Part shown: piece after piece, positions 18,812 through 27,761 of the stretch
How positions within the stretch are numbered: the stretch's first letter is position 1
Layout: the number at the start of each line of letters is the position of its first letter
IMG/VR virus record: IMGVR_UViG_3300033165_000009
Coordinates: 1 to 36,712 of that record
Length of the DNA: 36,712 nucleotides
Reading direction: 5' to 3' (one strand)
From: a virus
Notes under the pieces: model-generated
What the model saw: only the letters and a program-made list of their open reading frames with translations
Databases searched by the model: none
What the model was told of the DNA's origin: nothing
Translations under genes and position numbers: made by a program

Positions 18812-21088
18812 ATGATTAGTGCAGAGTTCCAACCCAAACTGATTAGCAGCCCCTCAGTGGTCCATACAGAGGACCCTTTTGTCAAGGTGGAAATATGGGC
18901 TAGGGACCACTCAAACATTTACAAATTCCCCTGTACCAGTTGGGATAAAAGCAATAGTCAGATTTATGAAAGAGAACATCTTGGAGCCACCCTTGTAGGG
19001 TTAGCAGGGCACAGGCCAAGTTTAACCAATGCAAACCTAACAACGAAACGGTACATAAAAAAGGAAGGATTACACTGGGTTCTAATCCGGGCTAGTCGGC
19101 AGCCTGTTAATGGGAACAAGTTTGTAAAACTTTATATTGACAACAAACTGGTTGGACAGATAAACACCCTCACAGGGTACAGTGAACATTACCGTTACCT
19201 TGATTTTGGTTATCTTGAGTTAAATGAGGGTTGGCATGATTTCAAGATAGAATTGGATGGATTAGATGCCTGGGTAGATTACCTCCAAATGTACAGGCTT
19301 GAATATTACAGTAGCGACCACAGACAAAGCAAATATCGGCTTGATTGGAGCGAAATAGAGTTCACCGAGAACAGCATGGGGGAGTTAAACAGTGCAGACA
19401 TAACCCTACCACTCAGGGAGGAATGGAACGACCCTAACCTTAACATTTTCAGCCGGAAAGTCTTTGATTTCATGGATATACTCAACATCTCAGTTGGCAG
19501 TGATTGGAAGGATACAAGGGTTAAGTTTGGAGGGTATGTTCTTGGAATTGATGAAAACGATGATAACACCCAAATAACTATCCATGGGGTGGATAGGGTA
19601 GTTGATTTCTACCGGAAACCAGTCTATACAAACTACTATATTGGAATTGCACCCAGTGGAGATGATACCTATACATTCCCCGTGGTCCAATTCGGATCTG
19701 CCCTGGAAAGTATCAGGCATTGCAGTGAAACCTGTGAATATGGTCCCTTAAATTATGGGATACTGTACCCTTACACACTTAATTTAGATTTCACCAACCC
19801 GGATGATTGTAATGGTGTAATTGCGAATAATGGGTTTAACAAGGCATACAGTCCAAGTAAAGGCCTCCGTATAGGTTATGACCCATTGAGTTACGATGGC
19901 TGTGGAGTGGTCTCAAACGGCAATTACTATATGACATTATGGGATAACCCAGACAGACCCTTTGATGCAGCCAAGGATGACATTTTATGCCTGAAATATA
20001 TTACAAGTGGAGAAAGCTGTGGGAATGATACAAGGGTACAATTCAATATTGAAGTGACAATGCACAAGGCAGGGGAAACAATTGCAAATGCAAAAACCTA
20101 TACAATCCTTTTCACAGGCAAACCCGGGGCAAGTAACCTGATTGGACAATTAAAACCCACCCTAAATGGGATAGAACAGTTAGGGAAATTTGAATTGAAA
20201 AAAGCATTTGACCGTTACGCCCCATCCAGTGAATACCATGTGTCTAAAATAGTTGTAAGGGACCCAAATGTTACAACAAACCAGATCAGTTTCCGGAAAA
20301 ACAGTATAATTCATTTACTAGGATTAACAGCCTATCCATCAACACTAAATAAGAAAATGAAGGTGGAACAGGAAACCAGTTACCCTTATGAGGTCATAAA
20401 TGAAATACTTGAGAAATTAGAGTATGTGGCCTGGGTGGATTACGGCCGCACAAGAGCAACCGATATATTCATGATGTCCCCAGAAATGAACCTGCAAAGC
20501 CCAGTACAGGCTGTTGAGGGTGTGAATGTTTTAGGAGTAACAGATAAAAGTTATGCTCCTTATGAAACCATCCGTAACCGCCATTTAATGCATTATCATT
20601 ACAAAGAAGGAGATGAAGACCGGACAGGTATTAGCAAGTATGAAAACCTTGATAGTATTGCCCGTTATGGTCCCGGAGCATGGGAAGATTATGAGGATGC
20701 TACTGAGATAAACAATCAGACAGATGCAGATATTGAAACAAAAAGACACGTAGAACAGAACAGTTACCCCTTGGCAAGTTTCACCATCATATTGAAAGGA
20801 ACCTCTCTTTTAAACCCCGCACAGTACATGGTAAGTAAGTTAGCGGGGCATTCCCTTTCAGGGAATTATAGCACCAAGACAGTTACCCATTCCATAACCC
20901 GGGAAGAGGGATATATTAGCAGGGTGAGTGTGAACCGGCCCGGAAGCTACTATAATCAAGTTATGGGTAAACTGGAGAAAAATTTGAAAACATACCTAGG
21001 AATCAACAGTAGAATGATGTACAACCGTGCAACATTAAACAACATGGGATTTATCAGTGTAGGGGCATTTGGAAGGAGATCGTGTTAA
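18812..21088 (+). CDS. Tail hub/Tal-like protein with carbohydrate-binding-like inserts
   Basis: 758 aa; FGGYV hub motif, CBM6-like LELNEGWHDFKIEL segment, C-terminal hub pattern. Confidence 0.6.
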   Translation: MISAEFQPKLISSPSVVHTEDPFVKVEIWARDHSNIYKFPCTSWDKSNSQIYEREHLGATLVGLAGHRPSLTNANLTTKRYIKKEGLHWVLIRASRQPVNGNKFVKLYIDNKLVGQINTLTGYSEHYRYLDFGYLELNEGWHDFKIELDGLDAWVDYLQMYRLEYYSSDHRQSKYRLDWSEIEFTENSMGELNSADITLPLREEWNDPNLNIFSRKVFDFMDILNISVGSDWKDTRVKFGGYVLGIDENDDNTQITIHGVDRVVDFYRKPVYTNYYIGIAPSGDDTYTFPVVQFGSALESIRHCSETCEYGPLNYGILYPYTLNLDFTNPDDCNGVIANNGFNKAYSPSKGLRIGYDPLSYDGCGVVSNGNYYMTLWDNPDRPFDAAKDDILCLKYITSGESCGNDTRVQFNIEVTMHKAGETIANAKTYTILFTGKPGASNLIGQLKPTLNGIEQLGKFELKKAFDRYAPSSEYHVSKIVVRDPNVTTNQISFRKNSIIHLLGLTAYPSTLNKKMKVEQETSYPYEVINEILEKLEYVAWVDYGRTRATDIFMMSPEMNLQSPVQAVEGVNVLGVTDKSYAPYETIRNRHLMHYHYKEGDEDRTGISKYENLDSIARYGPGAWEDYEDATEINNQTDADIETKRHVEQNSYPLASFTIILKGTSLLNPAQYMVSKLAGHSLSGNYSTKTVTHSITREEGYISRVSVNRPGSYYNQVMGKLEKNLKTYLGINSRMMYNRATLNNMGFISVGAFGRRSC

Positions 21089-21089
21089 A

Positions 21090-22766
21090 ATGGTAGCTAA
21101 TCGGATAATAATACCAGGTTCACATTTAATCCAACAAGGATTAACTCATGACAAATTTATATACAATGACCAAATGGGGGCAGTGTACCATCCAGACCCT
21201 GAAAACCAGGAGATGCAAGATGGATTCTTCAAATACACCTTTGCCCCACCACTCCTTTCAAATTTTGCGTGGAATAATGTCAAATTGAAATGGACGAGAA
21301 GTTACAATACCACACCTCCAACAGATTTTTATGCAACCATTACACTTGAAGGAATCCTCACAAATGGTACAAGTGAACTAATAAATGAAAGTCTTGTAAC
21401 AAGTTTGCCAAGTTCCCCCTTAACTGAGGATATATCATTTGACCTTATGAATGCCAGGGGAATTGCAACACTAATTAAAACAGATGTAACAGCCCCAGCT
21501 GGAAAGGTAGGGATAAGACTACCCAAACCTTGGATGAATTATGAAAGTATAATACTGAAACCTGTCTGGTTAAACGGATGGACAAAAAGAAAAGGACAAA
21601 ACATCATTAAGGGAAGTGAGGAATATAGTATTACAAGTTTTCCAGTGAAACTGACTGTCAATTATGTTTCTGGGATGAAAACTGATTTCAGTGATGTTAG
21701 ATTCACTGGCCCTGATGGCCGAACACCTATTTGCAGTTATAGGCATAGTTACACCTCGGGGACCACTGCTGATTTTTGGATTAACTATCCCTATCCGTAT
21801 GCTACAACTGGAATTTTCATGTACTATGGAAACGCTTCTGCAACCCTACATAGCAATATAGACAGTGTATTTAGTTTTGCAGATGATTTTGATGATAACA
21901 TTATCAACCCCGATAAATGGCAGATTGTTAGTGGCGGTGGAGGCAGCATAACTGAAACAGGGGGAATACTGCGAGTTAACAGTGATGGGACTAACAGGAT
22001 TTATTTAAGGACAAAAAACCAATACACAGCACCATATATTTTTGAGTTCAAAGCAAGGAAACAACAAAACATTGAATTCGTATTCAGTTGGAATGGAACA
22101 TTATCGGGGGCAGGAGACCCCCCAAACACTGGATATTTCTTCCAATACACTGGATGGTCAAGCCCTGCAAGATTTGTTCTCACAAAATATGTGAACGGAA
22201 CACCAATCACCCTTTCCATGTACGATTTCACACTTGACAGTAACTGGCATGACTATAAAATTCAGATAAGAAAATCAGGGCTGACAAATATAATTCAAAT
22301 CTTCTATGATGGAACACAAATATTGTACAGTATAGATGCAGATGGCCCCCTCAATACCGGTTATTTCGGATTAACCGCAAGGGAAACACCGGCTGCTATT
22401 AATGCAGATTATGATTTTGTCAGATATTATCCGTACATGGCAACATATCCCACCCCCGGATTTTTAGCAGGAGAAGAATCATTTAGTAGTACGGGGGTAA
22501 GTCCGGACACTCCTGGAGAGAATGATACAACAATTTTATACAGTAATGGTGATGGATTCAAACGGCCCCGATACCTCACAGTAACTGAACAAAAGAAAAC
22601 AGCATATGACACAACCCCTCAAGGGATGTTAACCAGGAATACTTTCAACCTTGGATATGAAGGTATTGACATGTACATGGCTTTAAGGCTTGGAATCAAA
22701 ATACATGGGGATAAAAATACAAATATCGTATTCAACAATCTAGAATATGTGTATGAGGTGATATAA
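21090..22766 (+). CDS. Receptor-binding tail protein with DUF2341-like and ConA/LamG-like domains
   Basis: DFSDVRFT...ADFWI...MYYGN...VFSFADDFD signature; ATG 21090 after GGAGAT. Confidence 0.7.
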   Translation: MVANRIIIPGSHLIQQGLTHDKFIYNDQMGAVYHPDPENQEMQDGFFKYTFAPPLLSNFAWNNVKLKWTRSYNTTPPTDFYATITLEGILTNGTSELINESLVTSLPSSPLTEDISFDLMNARGIATLIKTDVTAPAGKVGIRLPKPWMNYESIILKPVWLNGWTKRKGQNIIKGSEEYSITSFPVKLTVNYVSGMKTDFSDVRFTGPDGRTPICSYRHSYTSGTTADFWINYPYPYATTGIFMYYGNASATLHSNIDSVFSFADDFDDNIINPDKWQIVSGGGGSITETGGILRVNSDGTNRIYLRTKNQYTAPYIFEFKARKQQNIEFVFSWNGTLSGAGDPPNTGYFFQYTGWSSPARFVLTKYVNGTPITLSMYDFTLDSNWHDYKIQIRKSGLTNIIQIFYDGTQILYSIDADGPLNTGYFGLTARETPAAINADYDFVRYYPYMATYPTPGFLAGEESFSSTGVSPDTPGENDTTILYSNGDGFKRPRYLTVTEQKKTAYDTTPQGMLTRNTFNLGYEGIDMYMALRLGIKIHGDKNTNIVFNNLEYVYEVI

Positions 22767-22767
22767 A

Positions 22768-23556
22768 ATGGGATCGGAAGGGGTGCATAGGAATATTTTC
22801 AATGTAATAGATTCAACAGTATACAGTGGGGATGATTCCACACCTATATCAAACCCTGATGCACGGGGTGGTGAAGAATCCGGGGTATATGGTCCTAATC
22901 AGAAAATAATGGATACAGGGTGGTCTGATTTCAATGCGTGGAATGGTGCTCACGTATTAACCTGCCGTTGGTTCAGTAACCTAACTAATGAAAAGCCTGG
23001 GCTTTTGATTGAGTATTGGAAAAAAGATGCAGATGGCAATCAAAGTTTGACATCACGCACTATCCGTTGGGTAGATTCAGTTTCACCCAAAGCCGGGAAT
23101 GGGGCGGGTTTTCTGAATTTCAGTGAAAACAATCAATACAGGATTCTAGTTAAATCACATCCCACACTGGCAGAAACAGATTGGGTGGCAATGGATTACC
23201 TTAAAATCAACCCGATTGACAATTGGACTGTCAAATCTTCTGCAATTTTCCCTTCTGGTAATTTCATAGCCGCACCAAGGGTATATGGGAAATATTATGT
23301 GGTAACAAATGATGGTAGCAGTCCGGCAGGGTCCTTAACAGTATCCTTACCCTTTAATGAAGAATCGGTACACACAATCCCAAACTGTAATGTTTATGGC
23401 TCATTACTAGATGATTATTATGCCAATATTGGAGACATATCAGAGGATAGGGGAAGTTTTTCAATCAGAGTAATGAGGCGGGACGGGGCTGTTTGGAGTG
23501 GTGGTGTAAGTGTGCTTTGTTTAATGCTTTACTTCCCGCCAATCACTGAAATTTAG
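22768..23556 (+). CDS. Tail fibre / receptor-binding protein with C-terminal H-type-lectin-like domain
   Basis: 262 aa, C-terminal TVSLPF...GSFSIRV pattern, last gene of tail module. Confidence 0.5.
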   Translation: MGSEGVHRNIFNVIDSTVYSGDDSTPISNPDARGGEESGVYGPNQKIMDTGWSDFNAWNGAHVLTCRWFSNLTNEKPGLLIEYWKKDADGNQSLTSRTIRWVDSVSPKAGNGAGFLNFSENNQYRILVKSHPTLAETDWVAMDYLKINPIDNWTVKSSAIFPSGNFIAAPRVYGKYYVVTNDGSSPAGSLTVSLPFNEESVHTIPNCNVYGSLLDDYYANIGDISEDRGSFSIRVMRRDGAVWSGGVSVLCLMLYFPPITEI

Positions 23557-23574
23557 AAATTAAATGGTGGTAAA

Positions 23575-23796
23575 ATGGTGAGTGTTGATGTTAAGAAACA
23601 AGACTTTGAACTAATCCTCAAAGATGAAACAAAATTAAAAAAAATAGTTAAAGACCCTGAATTAGTGATTGGTTTCTTAAAGGACAATGGAGAACAGGAG
23701 TTGAAGGTAACTATTGATAATAAAGAAATATACATTGTTCAACCTTCACCTGATATTGAAAAACTAATGAATATAAATGGTACAGGTATGGGTTGA
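23575..23796 (+). CDS. Hypothetical protein
   Basis: 73 aa ORF with GGTGGT RBS. Confidence 0.55.
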   Translation: MVSVDVKKQDFELILKDETKLKKIVKDPELVIGFLKDNGEQELKVTIDNKEIYIVQPSPDIEKLMNINGTGMG

Positions 23797-23797
23797 A

Positions 23798-23986
23798 TTA
23801 AGAGGTTATATTTGATTTATGTTTTTTTTCTAATTCAACTTTCAAACCATAACTGAACAGGATTACCCCGGTAATTGAAAGGATTATCCCAATATACTTA
23901 TCTAAATTCATCAGTGAGGGGAGTAATAATGTAGCCCCTAACAATCTAAAGAATAATGCTTTTTCCCTTTCATTTCCATTTGACAT
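23798..23986 (-). CDS. Small two-TM membrane protein, antisense to the late operon
   Basis: 62 aa, two hydrophobic segments, minus-strand GGGGTGAT RBS and TATA-like box near 24000. Confidence 0.6.
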   Translation of the reverse strand: MSNGNEREKALFFRLLGATLLLPSLMNLDKYIGIILSITGVILFSYGLKVELEKKHKSNITS

Positions 23987-24108
23987 AAACTATCACCCCT
24001 ATATAATTACATTAGCTGTCTTTATTTTTAAATTTTTTCATTTTCACACATATTATATTCGTGTGATCTCGAGATCTGAAACACACCACTATAAGGAGGA
24101 ATGGTAAT

Positions 24109-24981
24109 ATAACAACTAAAACAATAACCGAAGTGGCAAAGGCAAGTGTAGATGTCCGGAACTTCATACAAGGAAACAAATACCTACCAGAATTAATCAC
24201 AATTGGTGGCGTGCAGGTGAACCGGGCTTCGTTTCTCAGGATGGTATGTGCGAGTGTTGTTGAACTAACTAAGCCCAAACCACTTGATATACTCACTGAT
24301 AGTTACCCCAACCCCCTACAAATAAACGGTAATATCCAGGATGGGGCACAACTACAAAAACAGGACTACGTCCAATTAGCCAAGGAGATTAACAACTTCA
24401 TAAAGGGTAATGGTTATGCTCCAACACTTTACACCACTAAATATGGACAACTATCATTCTATGATGTTATATACACTTTTAGCCGTGTATTAGCATGGTA
24501 CCATGAAAACAAAGCACTACCGAACTATGTAACACTCTACAACCTATTCCAAACCAATAAAACACCATTTCACCAAGCCGTGGAAAAAGCCGTAGGCACC
24601 TATAACACCTTCACCGAGTATTATAACCGAATCAAAGCAAAAACATGGCAGGGATACTATAACGATATATATAACCAACAACAAGAGATTCAACGCTTAG
24701 CAAACAACCAACCCCTCAACTGCACCGACCACAGCCAGTTAGGGAAAGCAGTGGCCGAAGACATGGACTACGAAGCCCTTTATTGCCGTGTAACCTGCAA
24801 ATCTGGAGGGCATATCATTTTAAAAGTCCGTGGTAAAGAATTGGGGAGTAACTGGGTTAATGTGGATTTAGCAGCGGCTGCAAGTAGTGATTACAGTATT
24901 GGGAGTTACTGGTGCAGTAGTTATGCTAAGCCGGTGGTTATCGACGAGGCGTGGATAAATTCAGACGACGGCAGGACGTGA
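24109..24981 (+). CDS. peiW: Pseudomurein endoisopeptidase (endolysin), PeiW/PeiP family C71; probable ATA start
   Basis: N-terminal pseudomurein-binding repeats (A..V.NFI..N..LP; AKEINNFIKGNGYAP; RVLAWYHENKALPNYV); catalytic YYND...NCTD...GH...VD triad pattern; GGAGGA RBS 8 nt before ATA 24109 (track start GTG 24133). Confidence 0.9.
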   Translation: MTTKTITEVAKASVDVRNFIQGNKYLPELITIGGVQVNRASFLRMVCASVVELTKPKPLDILTDSYPNPLQINGNIQDGAQLQKQDYVQLAKEINNFIKGNGYAPTLYTTKYGQLSFYDVIYTFSRVLAWYHENKALPNYVTLYNLFQTNKTPFHQAVEKAVGTYNTFTEYYNRIKAKTWQGYYNDIYNQQQEIQRLANNQPLNCTDHSQLGKAVAEDMDYEALYCRVTCKSGGHIILKVRGKELGSNWVNVDLAAAASSDYSIGSYWCSSYAKPVVIDEAWINSDDGRT

Positions 24982-25077
24982 ATAAAACATTAAAACAAAA
25001 TAAGCAAAGTATTATTTGGGAGAGAATGTGCCTTTTGGGCTATTTCTCTCCCCTATTTTTTTTCTTCAATCACCGCG
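24982..25077. terminator. Convergent termination zone
   Basis: Between convergent genes; T-rich tracts on the + strand (25041-25067) and A-rich tracts at 24982-25010. Confidence 0.4.
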
Positions 25078-25260
25078 TCAGCCAGTGTCACCCCCACTTT
25101 TTAATCCACACTTTTTACATTCCATGTTTGGAATCACGTTCTTGTGGAAATTAACATCATCATAGCCTGCTATTTCGTCAGTTATATATCCACAGTGCTC
25201 ACATTCATAAACCGCCCAAAAATCATTATTCATTCTTTTTTTAATTTCTTTTATTCTCAT
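25078..25260 (-). CDS. Zn-finger microprotein
   Basis: CEHC...CKKC, 60 aa, GGAGGAG RBS. Confidence 0.7.
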   Translation of the reverse strand: MRIKEIKKRMNNDFWAVYECEHCGYITDEIAGYDDVNFHKNVIPNMECKKCGLKSGGDTG

Positions 25261-25262
25261 TT

Positions 25263-25439
25263 TTATTCTCCTCCACTTTCCGTTTCTAATCGTCTTTTAA
25301 GGGTTTCGTTTTCATCTATAATCTGATTAATTATTGAATCGAATGTATCTCCATACTTCATGATTTGTTTAAGGCGTTTGTGGGTGCTCCTCCGAACACC
25401 CACCTTCACATCAGCCCAATCCTTTTCACCAGTTTTCAA
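25263..25439 (-). CDS. Ribbon-helix-helix DNA-binding protein (58 aa)
   Basis: TTG start after GGAGG; MKTGEKDWADVKVGVRRSTHKRLKQIMKYGDTFDSIINQIIDE RHH pattern; not in ORF track. Confidence 0.7.
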   Translation of the reverse strand: MKTGEKDWADVKVGVRRSTHKRLKQIMKYGDTFDSIINQIIDENETLKRRLETESGGE

Positions 25440-25689
25440 CTATTTCCTCCCCTTCAAAGTATTCTTTTTTCATATTTCCCACATAGCCCATGAGTTTATC
25501 CTTGTTTTCAGCAGATAGAATATAGCTTCCCTCAATGGTTTCACTGTCAGCATCTTCCACATTGATTTCAAGATATACTGATTCGGGATCTCCTTCAGGA
25601 ACATCACGTTCCCCATAGTTTTCAAAATATATCACTTTATTTTTGATTGTTTGTATTCTTTCCAGGAAATTCCATAGTTTCATATCCAT
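25426..25689 (-). CDS. Acidic hypothetical protein
   Basis: ATG 25689 after GGGGGA RBS; 87 aa. Confidence 0.65.
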   Translation of the reverse strand: MDMKLWNFLERIQTIKNKVIYFENYGERDVPEGDPESVYLEINVEDADSETIEGSYILSAENKDKLMGYVGNMKKEYFEGEEIVENW

Positions 25690-25702
25690 TTCAATTCCCC
25701 CT

Positions 25703-25918
25703 TTAAATCTCTTCAATTTCAATTCTGGATTTAGGCAACCACGCTGTGTTCCCGTTAGGGTCTTTGACTTTCACAGCTTTTTCAGTTTCATCAACAAGGT
25801 TTAGGATGTCAGTGCTTTGGACATCTTTTCCATCAAGTACTCCATAGTCTACTGCGATTTGTACTGGGTTTTTAAAGCCGTGTTCTTCTGCCATTTTTTT
25901 GTATATTTCATTTACCAT
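25703..25918 (-). CDS. Hypothetical phage protein with ETEKA...WLPKS motif
   Basis: 71 aa, first gene of leftward operon, GGTGA RBS. Confidence 0.7.
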   Translation of the reverse strand: MVNEIYKKMAEEHGFKNPVQIAVDYGVLDGKDVQSTDILNLVDETEKAVKVKDPNGNTAWLPKSRIEIEEI

Positions 25919-26131
25919 TTTTTCACCAACTTTTTTTATATTTCTAAACTTTCTCTACTATTACATTGTAGTTACTCACTTATATACTTTGTGGTTTTGG
26001 GTTGAACTGTTCGGAAATTCCGTACAGTTGAACTTCGGTAAGCATTAGTTTAACGAAGTAGGTTTTATAAAAGGCACCATAGGGAAAAACATATAAAGAA
26101 TGAAGGGCTTATATATAAATGGTGATATGAA
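25919..26131. promoter_or_regulatory. Divergent promoter region with palindromic operator candidates
   Basis: Leftward TATA (TTATATAC 25980-25987 on +), rightward TTTTATAAAA (26064) and TTATATATAA (26109); AACTGT-T-CGGAA-A-TTCCG-T-ACAGTT palindrome 26005-26029; ACTTCG/CGAAGT 26032-26059. Confidence 0.7.
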
Positions 26132-26350
26132 ATGACTAAAATAGTTGAAGGACAACAAAAATTATATAATGAAAGTTTTAGCAGTTGGTGTGAAAGGCAT
26201 GATTATAAAGCTACAAAAATTGATTTAATTTGTAGTGGCTCCCGCTGTATAGAATGGTATCGTCTAAGGGCTCCAGGAGGAATCTCTTTTGATGTGAATT
26301 TAGTAACTAATAATAATGAAGGGCAAATAATCAAACGGAGAGATTATTAA
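26132..26350 (+). CDS. Hypothetical protein
   Basis: 72 aa, GGTGAT RBS, first gene of rightward operon. Confidence 0.65.
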   Translation: MTKIVEGQQKLYNESFSSWCERHDYKATKIDLICSGSRCIEWYRLRAPGGISFDVNLVTNNNEGQIIKRRDY

Positions 26351-26484
26351 TGAACTTTCCTATTACTTTCACAACCCGTATGCGTAAAAAAGGCGACATA
26401 ACCATCCCCGCTGAGGTTATTAAAGAGTTTGAATTAGAACCGGGCGTTGTGTTGGAAGTTAGTATTTTACAAAAAGGAGATTGA
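26350..26484 (+). CDS. AbrB/SpoVT/MazE-like DNA-binding protein (44 aa)
   Basis: MNFPITFTTRMRKKGDITIPAEVIKEFELEPGVVLEVSIL matches GxITIPxE...LxPG swapped-hairpin pattern; not in ORF track. Confidence 0.75.
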   Translation: MNFPITFTTRMRKKGDITIPAEVIKEFELEPGVVLEVSILQKGD

Positions 26485-26511
26485 ACCTGTTAAAGATTAG
26501 GGGGAAATAAC

Positions 26512-26712
26512 ATGGGTGAAACTGGGAAACTCTTAAAATCCCAAAAAATACATGAAACATATGGGGATTGTGATTTATGCAATGGGCACACCAACTTAAC
26601 AAAAACCGAGATTTATTTTATAACAAAATATAGGAATAGAGGACATGGTTTATTATGGTTGTGTAAGGATTGCCGAGAAGGATTAAAACTAAAATTAGAA
26701 GTGGGGGAATAA
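26512..26712 (+). CDS. Zn-finger microprotein
   Basis: CDLC...WLCKDC. Confidence 0.65.
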   Translation: MGETGKLLKSQKIHETYGDCDLCNGHTNLTKTEIYFITKYRNRGHGLLWLCKDCREGLKLKLEVGE

Positions 26713-26715
26713 ACA

Positions 26716-26961
26716 ATGGTAGGGATACAATATCAATTCGGGAAAGATGAAACAATAAAACTCTTAAACAACATCATATCTGCAATACAATACGACCAAA
26801 TCAAATTAATGGATATTGAACTCCAAAGCATGGGGATTATGAGTGTTGAATTTCATTGTTATAATTGTGGGTATGTTGGAGTACATACTTTCACACATGA
26901 TGATGATATTTCTGAGTTCTGTCCAATGTGTAAAAAGGTTATGAATATTAGTAAGATTTGA
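26716..26961 (+). CDS. Zn-ribbon protein
   Basis: CYNC...CPMC. Confidence 0.65.
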   Translation: MVGIQYQFGKDETIKLLNNIISAIQYDQIKLMDIELQSMGIMSVEFHCYNCGYVGVHTFTHDDDISEFCPMCKKVMNISKI

Positions 26962-26991
26962 GTGATGTGGGGATTTGGGAGGAAAAAGAAT

Positions 26992-27210
26992 ATGCCACCA
27001 ATATACAAAGTTAAAAAAACACATGAAATTAAAAAAGATAAAGAATCAATGCAGAAGTTCATAAGTAAGGAATGTGCAATGTTAGTGCCACTTGAAGAAA
27101 TAGAATTAACGTTTGAATGGGTCCAGGATGAATTATTTGGATGGGAAATTGCCATTGATGTTAGGGAAGATGCAATAATCGTTCATGAATTGGAATGTAT
27201 ATTTGCATAA
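26992..27210 (+). CDS. Hypothetical protein
   Basis: ATG 26992 after GGAGG; 72 aa. Confidence 0.6.
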   Translation: MPPIYKVKKTHEIKKDKESMQKFISKECAMLVPLEEIELTFEWVQDELFGWEIAIDVREDAIIVHELECIFA

Positions 27211-27306
27211 CTATTTTTTAACCATACCTAAAACTGAAAGGGTAAGAAACACCCACACCCTTCTTATCTAGAAAGACCAATATACTATTTTTTAGGCATA
27301 CCTAAA
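27211..27306 (+). repeat. Two 22-bp direct repeats (20/22 identical) 52 bp apart
   Basis: CTATTTTTTA-AC-CATACCTAAA (27211-27232) and CTATTTTTTA-GG-CATACCTAAA (27285-27306). Confidence 0.85.
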
Positions 27307-27470
27307 CAACATGGACGGTGTAAACGCCAAACCCATCAAGATGATGGTCGGGCCAAAAACACCAACCATTCCCCCACATACTAACCTTTTTTTACCACAG
27401 CCATCACATAGATTACATGTGAACCCTGAAAAACAAACCATCCACGATGACTTGAAACTGCAAAGATATA

Positions 27471-27504
27471 TTCTAATAGAACCCTATTAGAAAATTATAT
27501 ATAC
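27471..27504 (+). promoter_or_regulatory. Archaeal promoter (BRE/TATA) with abutting palindromic operator
   Basis: TTCTAATAG-AACC-CTATTAGAA (27471-27492) overlapping AAAATTATATATAC (27491-27504). Confidence 0.7.
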
Positions 27505-27524
27505 TAATAGATACTAAGTATAGA

Positions 27525-27650
27525 TTGGCAGAGGTGAAACTTATTTCAATCTGCAAAGCCGGGGAACTACTTTTTTTCCAACCCCCGGCACTCCTACAGC
27601 CAACTAAGGCAGTGGGGGGCTGTAAAAAAACATTGTAGGAGTGGAAAAAC
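27525..27650 (+). ncRNA. Structured 5' leader (three stem-loops, third occludes the RBS)
   Basis: GCAGA/TCTGC, GCCGGGG/CCCCGGC, CACTCCTACA/TGTAGGAGTG and inner TACAGCC/GGCTGTA pairings. Confidence 0.55.
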
Positions 27651-27761
27651 ATGCAAACTAAAAATATAAGTGTTGAAGACATGGACTGGGATGACATCGA
27701 ACCGATCATAATAGATTACAGTGCTTTTGGGAAACCCACTGCTCATGAAGAAGGGATCTAA
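27651..27761 (+). CDS. Acidic 36-aa microprotein
   Basis: MQTKNISVEDMDWDDIEPIIIDYSAFGKPTAHEEGI; GGAGTGG RBS; stop abuts next ATG. Confidence 0.6.
   Translation: MQTKNISVEDMDWDDIEPIIIDYSAFGKPTAHEEGI

Noticed and set aside
962-22612. Many long minus-strand ORFs in the track opposite structural genes (e.g. 962-1513, 4524-4976, 6086-6511, 12958-13467, 14338-14727)
   Set aside because: Shadow ORFs of well-supported plus-strand genes, low-complexity Ser/Phe/Leu content, no RBS
27311-27490. 59-aa plus-strand ORF and 49-aa minus-strand ORF in the 27.2-27.5 kb gap
   Set aside because: No RBS, no motif, runs into the promoter palindrome
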